A stretch of DNA of 64,000 nucleotides, from contig CDPCPM010000029.1 in assembly GCA_976551045.1 (NCBI GenBank), forward strand, positions 11,780,001-11,844,000. Reading direction: 5' to 3'. This stretch comes from Glaucostegus cemiculus (lineage: Eukaryota). The notes beneath the pieces are model-generated. The model made no database searches. It had not been told where the DNA came from and saw only the letters and a list, made by a program, of their open reading frames with translations. Both the position numbers and the translations under genes were made by a program. Of this stretch, positions 36,304 through 50,062 are shown piece after piece (the first letter of the stretch is position 1; each line of letters begins with the position of its first letter).

Positions 36304-39300
36304 GTAATGTCTGGTTGATCTGTGCAATTCAGCTGTACCTTTGTCTCAATGAATCCTTTAAATTAGTAATACCAAAAGGGCAAGTGTCAACTACTTTTTT
36401 ATCTGCAGGTGCAAAATGGTCATTGTAAGTACAGTAAATGAACCAAATATTCTCCTGCCGAATCCCTGGCTTTCAACCACACCTGGGACCATGCTTGATT
36501 CTAGAGCCCTGCTATCAGGTTATGATTTAAGTTCATTACCTGTTCATTCAAGTTGCTGGTTCATTGCAACCCAGATTCCCTCTTGCAAGAGATGAAGAGG
36601 CTTCCGTGCTGCTCTGCAAGCTAAGTAGAGAGATCAGCTTGCACTTATCTGTGTGTTCAGTGATTTAGTTGTAAATGGATGGTGCGTTGAAGCCAATTCC
36701 CAAATCTCTGGGATTTATCAGTGCAGCTTGCATTTATTACCTTACAAGCTATCTGGGAAGAGCAATGTGTTTGTTTTTGGAGTGTTTTGTTCCAGTTTTA
36801 CTATTATTTTTAATACTAGTTTCAAATAGTAAAATCTGTTGTGGATGACTGTCAAACCAAATCAGCCAATTATTGTTAACTTTCTGAATACTTGAGACTA
36901 ACTGCACTTGTTCAAATGTGGAGGTTTTTTAAAATTAGGTTCCCTGTTATGCACTGGGACAAATAGGCCTCATCATTATGTTTGCTATTAAATTACATAA
37001 ATCAAGAAATTGACTCAAACTGATTAGAAAACAATGTTATGAGCAAAAGCTATCAACTTCAGATTAATTAATGTGATCAACAAAGAGCAAATATGATCAA
37101 TTTCAGATTAATTGTATGGAAAAGATAACAGGTAAAGGGAAACATTCTGACTAGGAGTCTACCCCAAGAGTCTTTGAGTAATAAAAAGATCAGGCAAGTG
37201 GAGGAGCAGCCTTGCAATTTAAATAATCATTGGTGCAGAAGAATAACCTAACAGGGAGAAGTGAAAGGTTAACCAGGATTCCTACTGTGATCACCATGGT
37301 GTGGCAGGAAGGCTATGCAAAGAGACATCAAGATGTGTGGCTGGCCAAATAAAATATGACCGTAAATGGATAGAAATTTGATTGCTGCAAATGGAATGAG
37401 ATGACATTTAAAGAGTGAGAGGAGGAGAAAGAACTGAAGATGAGACACATTAGCATCACCACAGTTTGAAACAAGTTGTTGCTCAAGCACAATGTGCTGA
37501 AGCTTGAGTTTTAAATGTTCTGATTCTATAGAAAGTTACTTTTACAGGAAACTAGCGACTAGTCCAGTTTGCCATGCCCCTTCGCACATAATATGTGCGG
37601 CACCTTTGCTGGTCTTCCTTTTTGAATTTTGAGAGTTTCTTCTTGCCAGTTTTGTTATGTGGTGACTTGTGTGAAAAGATGGTTTCACAGCTGGATGGAG
37701 TTGCAGCCTCTTTTTTTATGTGGTCAGAATGACACACTAAATCCAAGCCAATCAACAAACCATAAGAGGACCATATCTGAGATTCATCAGTACCCACACA
37801 TGTATGTTTCCACAATGTTGCTGTAGGGTGCTTGAAAGTAGAATGTAAGCAGTCTATGGAACTCTTTAGTTAATTCTCTGCAGCTGTATAAGGAATCTGG
37901 GAAATTGAGTTGGAAAGGATTTCAAAGACTCAATTCCTATCACCAATGAGTAATTTCTGATTGTTGAATCATATCCTCCCCCTGTCTCCCCCTGTCTCCC
38001 CCTGGTGCCTAATCAAGAATTTGTTGTGACAGCTTTGTTTTCAACTGAGAATTACTTTATATATCTGCATTCTGATAGTTAGTTACTTTAGTTTAGCAAA
38101 CCAGAAAACATTGCTATCTTTTTGACTTGTGTTGAGACCTACACTGAATATCAATTTACTTGTTATTGCCTAATATGGACATCTGTGTTTAGTAATGCAG
38201 CAGTTTTAATAGTTAATGCGTTGCATGTTAGAACATAGAACAATACAGCACAAGAACAGGCCCTTTAGCCCACAATGTCTGCACCAAACACAAGGTTGAA
38301 TTAAACTAAATCTCTCCTGCCTGTACATGATCCATAGTTGCTTCATTCCCTCCATATTCACATATCTAACAGCCTCTTAAACACCACCACCATATCCGCT
38401 TCCAGCACTACAGCTGGCAGCTCATTCCAGGCACCTACCACTCTCGGTGTAAAAAAAAGTTGGTGTTTTTTACTTTATTCATACATTTTTAATTTTTAGC
38501 TAAATGTTTTCATGTCCAAAGCTTTAGTTTCACATTAACGCAATTAGCTGTCCCTATATTTTAGGCTGATGACAGCACCACATGATGTTGCTCCATTCAT
38601 TCTGAGACCCTCCTTGGTCTCTTACCAGATTGTGACTCTGCTGTCAGATCCACAGGGTGAGCAGACGGTAGCTACAGCAAGTTTTTGTGTTCCTCTTGGG
38701 ACCCAAGGATAGAGAGCCTTCGGTTAAAGCTGTCCAGCAAACACTTAGCAGGCAATTGTTTTCCTCCATGTTGCTTAGGTTTGAGATTTGTTGGCAATGG
38801 AACTCTGGATTCTGCATTCCAAATTTTTACTGATAACAAACAGAATGGTTTCACACTGATATTTGGTGTGAAACCACAGTCAAATTCACAATTGGTGCAT
38901 TGACACAGATCAGATTATAACAACTGCAAAATGTGACCTGTAGTGTGCCAGCCATAGACAGTTGATTTGTCAGTTTTGTTTATTTTAAAAACAGGTATGT
39001 TCTCATCAATTGTTATAGTAATTTTGATCCTTACAAATCTCCAGAGCTTTGCATCTCCTGGGCTCTCCTATCAGTAGCCAGCACCCTCCAAAATTTGGGC
39101 ATGTTGCTTCCCTCTTTTGTAATTTTCTTCCCTCCACCCCAGTGGTCAGTATCACGCAAGCATTGGAGGTCACAGTATTTCTGTATGAATCCATGAATTC
39201 ACGAGCACACGCAGTACTTTTAACAGTCCACTGGAAGGAACTGTGAAATTCCTCATGGAGTTACTTTATTTTGTGTCTGAGTTCACTCTTTGTTCATCTC

Positions 39301-40289
39301 TAATCCTGGAATTTGTCTTGAAGTTTGACATTCCAGTGCTCCCATTGGCTGCCCTCCCAGTTTCCACCATCCATAAACCCAAGCTCATCCAAAATTCTGA
39401 TTGCAGCTTCACTTTACAGAAAATCACGATGTGTAACCCCCCCCCCCCCAAGTAATGTGAGGGTCGCCTGTATAACTTATGGACTCAACCTCCACAATTA
39501 TTTGTGTTGACACTTCTTTCGTGTCTCTTTTCCTTCTCCCTCTTTCCACCCCTCCACCCAATTTGTTTTTGCTTTACGTTTCTTTCCTTTACTCCTCACT
39601 CTATTTTGTGTGAACTGGGTGCCATTGCATGTGATTAGTTGTTGCAGGAAAAAGACTGGCTATCAGCTGGTGGCAGAATTTAGGGTGAGGAGAGTGGTTT
39701 AGCTTCCCCGTCCCTCACATGTCATCTCCTGGTCCATGTCTGCTCTGAACCTTTAGTTGCCCAACACCTATCCCTTGCATTAATCCCCACATTCCCGTTC
39801 TTACCCCACCCCTTCCACAATGAACTACCTGTTCAAATCCATATCCTGTCTTCCTCCTTACTCTTCTGCCCCCTTTGTAAGCTTCCACCACCCGCCCGAC
39901 ACCTATGCCTCTGCACCCACCTGCGCTCTTTCTCAGATCCCAATGTTGACAGCTATAGAGAAGTAAGAAACTGCTGATGCTGGAAATCTAAGAGAATATT
40001 GTCAGGACTACTTGGCATGTTGTGCAGTATCTGCAGAGAGAGAATGTTTTGGGTCAATAACCTTTCATCAGGCCTGGGCAGAGTTTATAAGAAAACTTTA
40101 AGTAATGGGGAAAGGGAAGAGAGAGTAAGGGGATGACTGTCTCACTCCTCTGATCTCATTCATCTTTGTCTGCTTGCATCTCCTCTGGGCAGATAGCGTA
40201 CAGCTAAAATCCTTCACCTTCTGTCCTCAGTCAGCACCACCACCATTTGCATAACTTTGACTTCCTTCGTCTCCACCCTATCACAAAAA

Positions 40290-41040
40290 TGAGAACAGAC
40301 CAGAAAATAAGAGTAGGCCACGTGGCCCTTCGAGCCTGCCCTTCCATTCAATATGATCATGGCTGATCTGCCCCAGGAATTCCTGTGCCAGTTCATCATG
40401 TCTCTCCGTTCCCCGATCTTTACTAAACAAAAATTTATTTACCTCCTCTTTAAATCCCTTCAGTGATCTGGCCTCTGCAAGCCTCTACGGTAGAAAATTC
40501 CAGAGGATCAGCACCCTCTGCTAGAAGAAATTTCTATGTACCTGAGTATTAAATGACTACCCGCTCTATGTTGTAACCATGTATTCTTGTTCAAGATACT
40601 CCTGCTCTTGGAAGCATCTCTGCAGTTGTGCCTCCTAAGGTTCTTGTATGTCTCAATAAGATTGCCTCACATTTTTCTAAACTCCAAAAAATACAGATCC
40701 AACTTATTTTGCCACTCATGATAGGACAACCCTCTCATCCCAGGAATTAGTCCAGTGAATATTTTTGTTTGACTGCCTCCAGTGCTTGTATGCTCTTTAT
40801 TAAATAGGGGAACAAAACTGTGCACGGTACTCTGCATATGGCCTCACCAGCACCCTGTACGATTGTAACAAATCTATTTCTAAACTCTGATCCCCTTGCA
40901 ATAGACACCAATATGCTTTTTGCCTTCCTATTTACTTGTTGTATCTGCCTGCAGACCTTTTATGGTTCATGCACAAGAACCCCTGGATCCCCCTATATTC
41001 ACTCATTTGCAATCTCCCCCCATCTAGACATTCTCTTTCT
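40290..41040 (-). mobile_element. CR1 LINE 3' fragment
   Basis: gagtaggccacgtggcccttcgagcctgcccttccattcaatatgatcatggctgatct is a CR1 tail in reverse, followed by degenerate ORF2 C-terminus. Confidence 0.78.
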
Positions 41041-41094
41041 TCACTCCTCTGCCACTTATCTGCAAATTAAAGCACAGTTGATTTCTACCTTTTC

Positions 41095-41200
41095 GTGTAT
41101 TTTGATGAAGGGTCATTGACCTGAAACGTTAACTTAGTTTCGATTTCCATAGATACTGTCTGACCTGCTGCGTATTCCCAGTATTTTTTGTTTTTATTCC
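41095..41200 (+). mobile_element. Older Penelope-like remnant with degenerate hammerhead
   Basis: TTGATGA-AG-GGTCA-T-TGACC-T-GAAACGTT-AAC, followed by the ctgacctgctg..tattccca motif. Confidence 0.55.
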
Positions 41201-41399
41201 CAACAACAGCAGTAGAGTCTGAGGAGGTGTGGGGTAGGAAGTCTGTTGAGGTCAGGGTCACAGAGGCCCTGCTGAGTTTAATGACACAGTTCTTCTTGTA
41301 ATATTTTTCATCTGTTTCCTGAATAGCTGAGAAATAATGGGTTAGCAAGTGGGAAAGCTGTGGGTGATCATCTGCAAAAGCTTTTTTACCATTGATATA

Positions 41400-41790
41400 A
41401 TAGAGAAGTCATTGTGGCGAGGTGCCTGAAATGGACTGCAATTTTAACAGGGTGAATAGGAAAAGTAAGTGAAGTTGGTAAGAAAAGTTGTGAAATCTAC
41501 AGAATTGGAACCTTGGCTTTATAAATAGAGCCTTTGAATCAAAATTGAGAAGTTTTATTAAAGCTTTATGAAAAAATTTTCAGGCCCCAACTGGAGCCAG
41601 TTCTAGATACTGCACCACAGGAAGGATGTCAAGAGTTTGGAGAGGGTGCAGAGAGGGTTTACATGAATGCCACTGAGGCTGTGGGAGTTGGGAACCTGGG
41701 ATGGTGGTTCTTTGAGTTGAAGGTAGATTTGGCAGGAGTTTCAAGTCACAAAGGGTTTTGTTAGATTAAATATGGAGGCACTTCTTCTAC
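41400..41790 (+). mobile_element. Degenerate CR1 fragment
   Basis: aggccccaactggag...aggaaggatgtc...tggagagggtgcagagagggtttac (RPQLE...LERVQRRF-like). Confidence 0.6.
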
Positions 41791-42801
41791 TGGCTGGCCA
41801 GTGTCATCGGTAAAGTCCGTCGATATGAAAGGAAGATGAAATTTGTGTTTTACTTCCTTCCCTAGGGCTGAGTAAGGGAGGGTTGAAAGTGAATTATTCT
41901 ACATTAGCAGTGATAAGTAATTTATTATACATTGAAGAAGGAAATAAATGAAGTCCTGATGAAAGCAGTAATGACCTAGAATGTATGGTTTATTGGGTGA
42001 ACTGAGGAACTGCCCTTTTCCGAAGATGTTTAATTTATTTTTTTAAAATTCTTTCATATATGAAAGATTAGGGTATTATGTCTATTCTTAAAGCAGCCTC
42101 AATGACTAAGTGTGTGTCTGTTCAAGATCAAACCAAAGACAGTAAATTCAAGCCAGCTGCCTAATGACCTTTTGATCTGGCCTGCAAGATGCTGCCCTCC
42201 ACACAAACCCAGCCCCAGACCATTGAGAGCACTTGGCGTAGTGCACTGTGTATTCAGGCGGCCAAGCTGATGTGATGTGGAATGCTGACATTGTAGAATC
42301 TTGTGATCTTTCTTAGAAATTGAACTGAATCATTTGACATGACAACCACTAACTGAAAAACCTGCTGGGTAAGTTAGAAATGACGTGAGAAGTACAAATC
42401 AACAACCAGTTTAATGCCAGTATTGAACTCGGATAAACATAGACTTTTTTTAATGCTTCTGGTCTCCACTATTTACTTTCTAAATGCACAATTGCTGACT
42501 TGTGTAAATGAAATTTAACTCAGGTTATTTGAGCAACTGATCCTTCTGTAGCTTGCTGTTTGACCTCTGCTCTTCCTTTGTTCAGATAGCCTCTCACTTG
42601 CTGATTGTGATCTGACTATAATGGGAATGGTCCTGTTGGCAAATCACCACAATGCCATTGTCATGCACTATCACTGTGCCCATGGTGCTCAATTCAAGCA
42701 AGGTGGTAAATTCCATGTAGCACATCTCTGTCGTTACTGGTCCTAGTATGATTTAGTTGCTTTCTTTTCCTCATTTCCAACAAACTGTGTTTCTCTTTTA
42801 G

Positions 42802-42891
42802 ATTGGTCAGTCAGAAGTTTACCTCATAAGTCCTGACACAAAGAAAGTGACGATTGAGAAAAGTTTCAAGGAAATCTCTTTCTGTTCTCAG
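42802..42891 (+). CDS. TBC1D1: TBC1D1 coding exon, 90 nt, phase 0-0 (second PTB domain)
   Basis: ttctcttttag|ATT...CAG|gttggt. Translates IGQSEVYLISPDTKKVTIEKSFKEISFCSQ. IGQSEVYLISPDTKK is TBC1D1-type; TBC1D4 has VGRFEINLISPDTKS. Confidence 0.96.
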
Positions 42892-44043
42892 GTTGGTCTT
42901 AAATATGTTTACATTTCTGTTTGTCGTTTCCAGGTGACTTAAATTCTCTAACTTGGTCTGACCATTTTCTAAACATAGAACATTACAGCACAATACAGGC
43001 ACTGCAGCCCACAATTGTGTATTAGGGGATAGAAGTATGGACAGTGAAGATACCTTGGTTTAAAGGTTATTAAGCTGTAAGTTATGAGTGTGGAAGAGCA
43101 GTTTGTATTATAGATTCTTGCCTGGGGGGGGGGGGGGGGGAGACCATTTCAAATCTGTGAAACAGGCCGTTGCTGGGAGGGTTGCCTTTGCTGTGTTGTC
43201 CTGAGGGGCAACCTTCTGCACTAAAGCAATATGAATTGGGGGATTGGATTGTGAGAAAGACTTCCCAATTTGGATGCTTGGGGGTCAGCTGAGTAACTTC
43301 ATTAAGTTCTTGTCGCTGGGATAGTCCACGTGCTGCTGCAGATTCTCTTTTCCACTCTCTAACACAGGAAGGAGACAGTTGAATCTTCTGTTCTCACCTC
43401 TGCCACTTCCTGATTGCTGTCCAGAATAGCTGGATCTATGACCCTTGTATTGGGGTGCTCCCTCACCGATAGCTGTTGGTATGGAGCCATTTTGCAGGGG
43501 CAGCTGGGGCGCAGTGTGTTCTGTACAGACCTTGACAAAATGTTCAGTGGTACTATCTGGCAAAGTTTGATGCAGTGCTGTGCAGATGCTAGCAATATCA
43601 TTAATAGTCCTTGCCAATTTTTTAAAAATGATCAGTAGATCTAGATATGATTTGCCTTATTTTACAGGAATAACTGTTTGCAAATGTTTTATTTTGCCAT
43701 AAATTCAGAAACAGACTTGTCACAACTGTTTGCATAAAAATATAACAAATGTAATTGTGACACTTATGTTTCAGAATATCCAAGCCTATCAAAGATGAAT
43801 GCATTTCTGAAATAGGCCATTTAGATTGACGCCAGTAACGTTATTTTTCCACATGAACATCCCATCTCAACGTCGTTCTCCATGCTCCCAATACTATTCC
43901 TATGTTGAGTGAAATTTTAGTTATTTTGTGCACCTTATTAAAATGACTGCAAAATGCATGCTATATGCTGAGTAGGTCAATTTTAAATCATTCATTGCAA
44001 AATAATTATATGAAATGACTTTTCCTCCTCATTCTATAAATAG

Positions 44044-44148
44044 GGAATTAAGTATGTGGATCACTTTGGATTCATCTGCAGGGAGAACCTAGACAGTGGA
44101 AGCTGCCATTTTGTCTGCTACGTGTTTCAGTGCACTAATGAGGCCTTG
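44044..44148 (+). CDS. TBC1D1: TBC1D1 coding exon, 105 nt, phase 0-0 (second PTB domain)
   Basis: aaatag|GGA...TTG|gtgagt. Translates [35 protein letters not shown]. Confidence 0.96.
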
Positions 44149-47100
44149 GTGAGTAAATGCCCATCTTCTAGTGCAATGTTATAAACATAGGATTTGTCTT
44201 GCCTTTTAAGGACAGGGTGAAATCAATAAATGAACCTCATTAGTGAGTTGCATTGCACCTTTTGGGTTTTGTGTATCTGATGTTATTCTGGGATAAGAGA
44301 TCTGACTGGCAAAGAGGTGTTCATGAAATTTTGCTTGGACTACTGTGCTAGCTTTGCTTAACAAATAAGCTGAGAGATGATTGGCACCAAATCGGTGGTG
44401 GAAAAGGAATCTTGCCTCAGTATCCAACAACCCTTTGCCATCCTTGGTTTTTGTTTATCTGCAACATTAAATAATAGTATTAGAATTAAAATAGCAATGC
44501 AATGCAGGAAACCACATTAAAGCCCCTAAATTCAACTGAAAATCCTCGGAATAACATTTCATTTACATCTTTCTTACGGTAGGTTTTTTTTAATGTGAGG
44601 AGTAGGCCAGTTCCTTTTGTAATGGGAAGCTGTTGTTGTGCACATTCCACACCATAAACAGTGACTTGCGCTGTACTTTGGGACTCCAAGGGAGATTTGA
44701 AGGTTATGATTCACTTACTTTATGGCACTTACTTTATGGCTACATTGTACTATTAGTACCAGCTGGATGAGATGTTGATACTGGAGCACCTGAGAAATGA
44801 GGTAATGTTTTTCTTGTTGAAGCAGCTGTCATAGGAAGGTGGGACTCGCTGGACAGAGAAACAGTAAGGTCTAATTGGTTGTTGCCTGACTCAATGACAC
44901 TAGAGTTGCAGATGACTTGTAACAATTAGCCTCTTATCTATTTTGTGAAGCAAGAAACCCTAGTGGTGGAACGCTTTGGGAGCCAGAGTTCAAAGTCAAT
45001 TGTTCCTCCTAGTTATACTGGACTTAACCATGTCCTAAATTGCTCATTCTGTATCTCAAAATGTATCTTTTTTTTCCCTGATAAACATTTCTCTTATTGA
45101 ATTAAATAAATCATTTTGGCAGCACGCAATACTGGAGCTTTCTGCTGCGTATTGCCAGAGATCTAAGTGCAGAATTTACAGTGAAATAATAATGAAGCTC
45201 TCAGTGCTTTCTGTTAGAATGGAGGGAAAAAAGGTGTATCCACTTGCACAGTTCCACACCAGAGTTCCTCGGATGGCAGCAGGAGAAGCATAAAAACCTT
45301 TTGCTGCGTGGTATTGGCATTTTCATGACGTGTTCTTAGATGCCTCGGGACTCAATAGTATTTGCGTTTCGACCTGCATGCTCCAACTTCCTCCTGGTCA
45401 TTCCTGCAACCCCGATCCTCAGAGTCGCGGCTGTCATGTCACATCAATAACATTGTCTCCAGGTAGCTATGTGTTTAGTTGATGTTCTGGTTCTTTTCAT
45501 GTTGTGTGGCAGGATTCACAATATTAGAAACTGCTTCATAATAAATTGTAGCATAGTAAAAGAATTAGAAGTAGCAGTGGCGTATTTGAAAAGTTCAGTT
45601 AATGTTTTCTTAACATTCTTTTGAAACAGGCTCAAGGTTTCAGATCTTAACGTCATTGTTACTTTATTCTGAGATGGATCTTTTGAAGCTCCCCAGATTT
45701 GTGTGTGACCCTATAATCAATCTTTACAGGCACTCTACTCTCAGCATTCCTCCCCTCTCTTCCCAGGCCTTTCTGTGCATGAAACCATGAAACAATAGAC
45801 GGGAGTCACATTACATTCCACCAGAGACTGGTGGATTGGATGGTCAGCAGTTGACTTGGGATCAGCCTCCAGAAACGTGATGGCAGAGCATTGGAGTGCA
45901 GCCCTCCTCTAGTACTCTGCATTCCCACCTACCCTGACTAACCTTTCACCCTTGGTTATCAAGAACCTCTCTAATTCTGGCTTAAGAATATTCAGAGAGT
46001 CTGCTTTCACCGCCCGGTAAAGAGATATCCTAAGACTCGTGAACTACTACGAGAAGAAAATTTACCTCTTCTCTGTCTTAAGTAAGCAACTTTTTTATTA
46101 AGCAATGGCCACTGCTCCCTTCCCCTCCCCCATTCTAAATGATCCCAAAAGAGATACTGTTTTTGTCACATCCACTTTGCCAAGAATCTTTAGCTGTTGA
46201 TCTTTGCAAGATCCTAAATGTTTTGGAGGAAAACTGCATGGATATGGGGGAAAGGGTGAAGTAGTTGGTATAACTAGATTGCTATTTGAGATCGTTGGCA
46301 CAGGCATAATAGCTGAAAAGCTGGTGCTTCTGCTGCATTGCATTACAGTACAGTTCTGTGCCTTGAATGCTTAGAGGGCTGTGGGTGGCAAGTTCTTTTT
46401 TCCTCAGGGCTGGGAGATGTTTCTGGAATGCAGGGTAAAATTAAGGGTTGTGTGGATTGGGCAATAGCAGTGAGATCAAAGGTCAGATCAGACACGATTT
46501 AATGAAATGGCAGAGCAGGTTTCTTGGTCCTCTTGACCAGCTGCAACTCTTGTCTCTCATCTTGTGACCATACATTTTGTATTACTTGTGATAAGGGAGG
46601 GTTGGGTAGAAGACCAAGGAGGAGCACTCCATTACAAAGGGGGAAAAAATGCTTGAATTAATATTGTGCCTTTTTTTTATATTAAGTGTTTTGAAGAATT
46701 GCTACTTTGTGAAATACAGTGATTAGTGTGTAAACAAATCTTAAAAACGCGGGCTTGAATTTGGAGTTTGACACTGGAGGATCTTTGTGCTCGAGGGGGG
46801 TTGTGAGGGCTGCTTCTGCCTGTTGTCGAGATCTCACATCCTTGGAATTTTAAGTACGCAGGGCGGGACCCTGGTTCCCAGTGGGGCCTCTGACACTATA
46901 CTGGGGAAGTGGGAAACACTGGGAAGTCTCCCAGTTTCTTGGGATCTTGTTCACTGTCCCCATATTTTAACTGGTTGTGGGCCTTTCTACCTTGCATCCC
47001 TTTTCACCTCTCTCAGCAGGTCTTGGGTCCTGATAGTGAGGATAATTCACCCCTGTGTTTATAAATCCTCATGGTGTTTGTGTATATGAAATTTAGTGGC

Positions 47101-47355
47101 ATGTAATGACAGAGGGAGGTAGATGTGTTGCATTCCTTAGACTTCAAATTGGCTGTCCATTGAGCACTGATGCAAATCCACAATTCTATTCAAGAGCTAT
47201 TCAGAAGAAGTAACCTGTATACTGAAGAGGTTCCAGAAACTTTTGCTGTAACTCATAAATATCATCTCCTTATCCCACATCTGGTGGAGTGGGGTTACTG
47301 TGGAGCAGATCCACTTCCCACTGAAAGCCTTTGCTCTTTTTTTCTTTCCCAACAG

Positions 47356-47488
47356 GTCGATGAAATAATGTTGACGTTGAAGCAAGCATTCACTGCAGCT
47401 GCTCTGCATCAAAACATGAAGATCCAAGCTCAGCTGTGTGAGGGTTGCCCATTGAACTCTCTCCACAAATTGTGTGAAAAGATAGAAG
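47356..47488 (+). CDS. TBC1D1: TBC1D1 coding exon, 133 nt, phase 0-1
   Basis: tttcccaacag|GTC...GAAG|gtggag. Translates VDEIMLTLKQAFTAAALHQNMKIQAQLCEGCPLNSLHKLCEKIE-G. Confidence 0.95.
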
Positions 47489-49804
47489 GTGGAGTTCTTT
47501 TTATATATTTTCTTTAAAAGAAAGAGACACCTATTATTCTGATTTCCTCTTTTGTGCTCTGCTGAGGCCAGTTGCATGCCTGGGTGTACGTACGTAGTCC
47601 GATCTGTAGCATTTGGCATGGATAAGATTTAAGTTATGTTGCATTGTATTTAAGATGGTAGTGTCAACAGGTCTGCACTGTCAATTCAGCTCCCCGTGAC
47701 AGCTGTGGAACCTAATTTTGTGGAAGTTATCATTTTCACAGCCACCCCATAAAGGGTCTATCCCAACAGAGCACTAGAAGAGAACTGGGAATTTTTTTTC
47801 AAAAAATCTCATCATCTAGTCACGATCATGAAATTACTGGATTATCGTTTTCAAAACAAAAAGCTACCATCTTTACCTGGTCTGGACTGTATACTGCTCT
47901 ACACCCACCAATGTGGTTGAGTCTTAACTGCCCCCTTGGACTAGTGGCTTGCTAAGCCATTTTAGAGGAGCTTTGGGGATGAACAGCAATTGCCAGCCAT
48001 GCCAATCAGGTCCACGTCCTGTGAATGAATTTTAAATGGAGCAGTAGGGAGCACCAGGGCAAGAAAGTAGTGAAGTTGAGGAAGCTGGACCCTCCATATT
48101 ACACAAGGTAAAATTCAAATGTAGATACCTGTGTGCCCGGATGTTCCACTCCGGGCAATAGCAGTCGTGCTGCAGCATTACATTTTCTGTAGACTTTGTC
48201 CTGGAAATAATCTGCATGAGTACTTCTCCAGGCAATCTTTGAATGCTGCTTACCAAACACGAACAATATTTGGTCTGTGTACATTCTTGAATTTAAATCT
48301 ATTGGGACCCCAAATATGGAAAGGAGTATAACTGAATACTCATCCTTCAAGCTTGTGTTTGTGCTTCTGTCAGCCTTAGTGAAGAACAGGGACCTGCTTG
48401 TCATTTTCACGGCCACCTCATAAAGGGTCTATCCCAACAGAGCACTAGAAGAGAACTGGGCATTTTTCAGCAGCTTTGGAACAAGGCTGATGTCTGCTCA
48501 AGCACTCCTGATAGTTTTGCATTCTGTCTGTCCTTTGGAGAAAGAACCAGTATTTATCTTTTTGAAGCTTGATGTGTAATGTCTCAGTGATTTTTATAAA
48601 AAAAAGCATATTAAAAGGGGAATTTTGATGGGTTTCAAGAAATTGTCTGCTTGCTTTATACTATAACTTGCCTTTAACTTCATGCAAATAAGTAGGCTGT
48701 AGTCCAGGCTGGGTCAAGAAGCCTGTGGTGCATATAAAATGATTGTGAAGTTTGTGTCAACTGTGTAAACACGCTGTGCTCCTCTGCCATCTGCACAAAA
48801 GGGAGAAGGAAAGTTTAGGATTTGGTAACTCTATGGGTGTGGGTTGTCCCAAAGTGCTCAGTGGTCGGTTCAGTACTTTTGATACAACATCACTGCTACA
48901 TTGAGATGTGGCGACCAATTTATGCGCAACAGGCTTCTACAAACAGCAGTAACGACCGGATACTCTGTATCAATAATGCTGAAGGATAATTTTTGGCTGA
49001 AGTTCAGAGGATAACTTTGGTCTTCATTGAAATACTCTTGAGGAATGTGTTACATCAGTTATGACTTGTTGGGCTGAAGGGCCTGTATATGTGCAGTATT
49101 GACATCCACCAGGAAGGGAAGGTGATTTACAGTCCAATCTGAAAGGTGGTATTGGAATCTTGTACCTTTCTCACTCCCCTATTAACGGCCATGGTAGCCA
49201 CCAGCTGCCTGGTTGGACTGTTTTTGTGTAACTTCCTTCAGATTGATCATAATCTGCATGGATTAATAAACCACAGACCTTCCACTGAACTTCAGATTTT
49301 CTAAATGTGTCGGAGAAGAGATGACAACCAATAGAAGCAGAGATTTATAATATTGCTGAGATTTTGTTTCTAATGTTAGCTCTAGCAAGATTAGCAGGAA
49401 CACAAATCCAAAATATTATGGATGTTGTCACTTCAAAATCATAGACTCTGGAGATATTTACAGTAGAAAAAGAGGCTATACAGCCCATTGTGTCTGTACA
49501 GGGCATGGTAGCATCACAGAAATTAAAACAAAATGATGAAAATACTTGCTGGGTGGCCTTTCATTGGAATTTGGGAAAGTTTTACACAAGTTTTAAGGTC
49601 TGGAAAATGCAGGCAGAAGGCAAAGGAGGACAACTAAGGAAACAAAAGATGGGTGTGCATGAAATGTTACATTTCCCTGGTGTTGAGACTTCATGAAGAA
49701 CTGTGAATAAATTCAGTGAATGAAGAGTACATCCTTGTTTCATCTGGGGAATAAAAAGAGTTGGGGGGTTGGGGGAGGATGTGAATGGAAGGGAGAAGGA
49801 CAGG

Positions 49805-50062
49805 TTTATAGAGTCACACAGCACAGAAACAGCTTCTTCGACCCAACTGGTCCATGCCAACCAAGATGCCCATCTAAGCTAATCCCATTTGTCTGTGTTT
49901 GGCCCATATCCTGCTAAACCCATACCTATCCATGTACCTGTCCAAGTGTCTTATAAATGTTAATGTACCTGCCTCAAACACTCCCTCTGCCAGCTCATTC
50001 CACATACGGACCTCCCTCTGCATGAAAAAGTTGCCCCTCAGGTACTTGATGAATTCACCCAT
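49805..50062 (-). mobile_element. CR1 LINE 3' end
   Basis: Minus-strand remnant LRGNFFMQREVRMWNELAEGVFEAGTL.FIRHLDRYMD. Confidence 0.82.

Noticed and set aside
44712-44740. 14-bp tandem duplication cacttactttatgg (and ccccctgtct repeats near 37978)
   Set aside because: Ordinary replication slippage.
45270-45470. Mildly CpG-rich segment ending in CAG|gtagct as another alternative first exon
   Set aside because: The ATG frames either hit a stop or end in phase 1, which does not fit the next phase-0 exon. The donor is weak.
47170-47355. ATG-initiated open frame running into exon 47356
   Set aside because: It crosses a strong polypyrimidine tract and acceptor and has no recognisable homology. 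Most likely a chance open frame.
48690-48830. TATA-like CATATAAAA with a downstream gtaact donor-like site
   Set aside because: Motif only. The following ATG frame closes after 9 codons and there is no other support.
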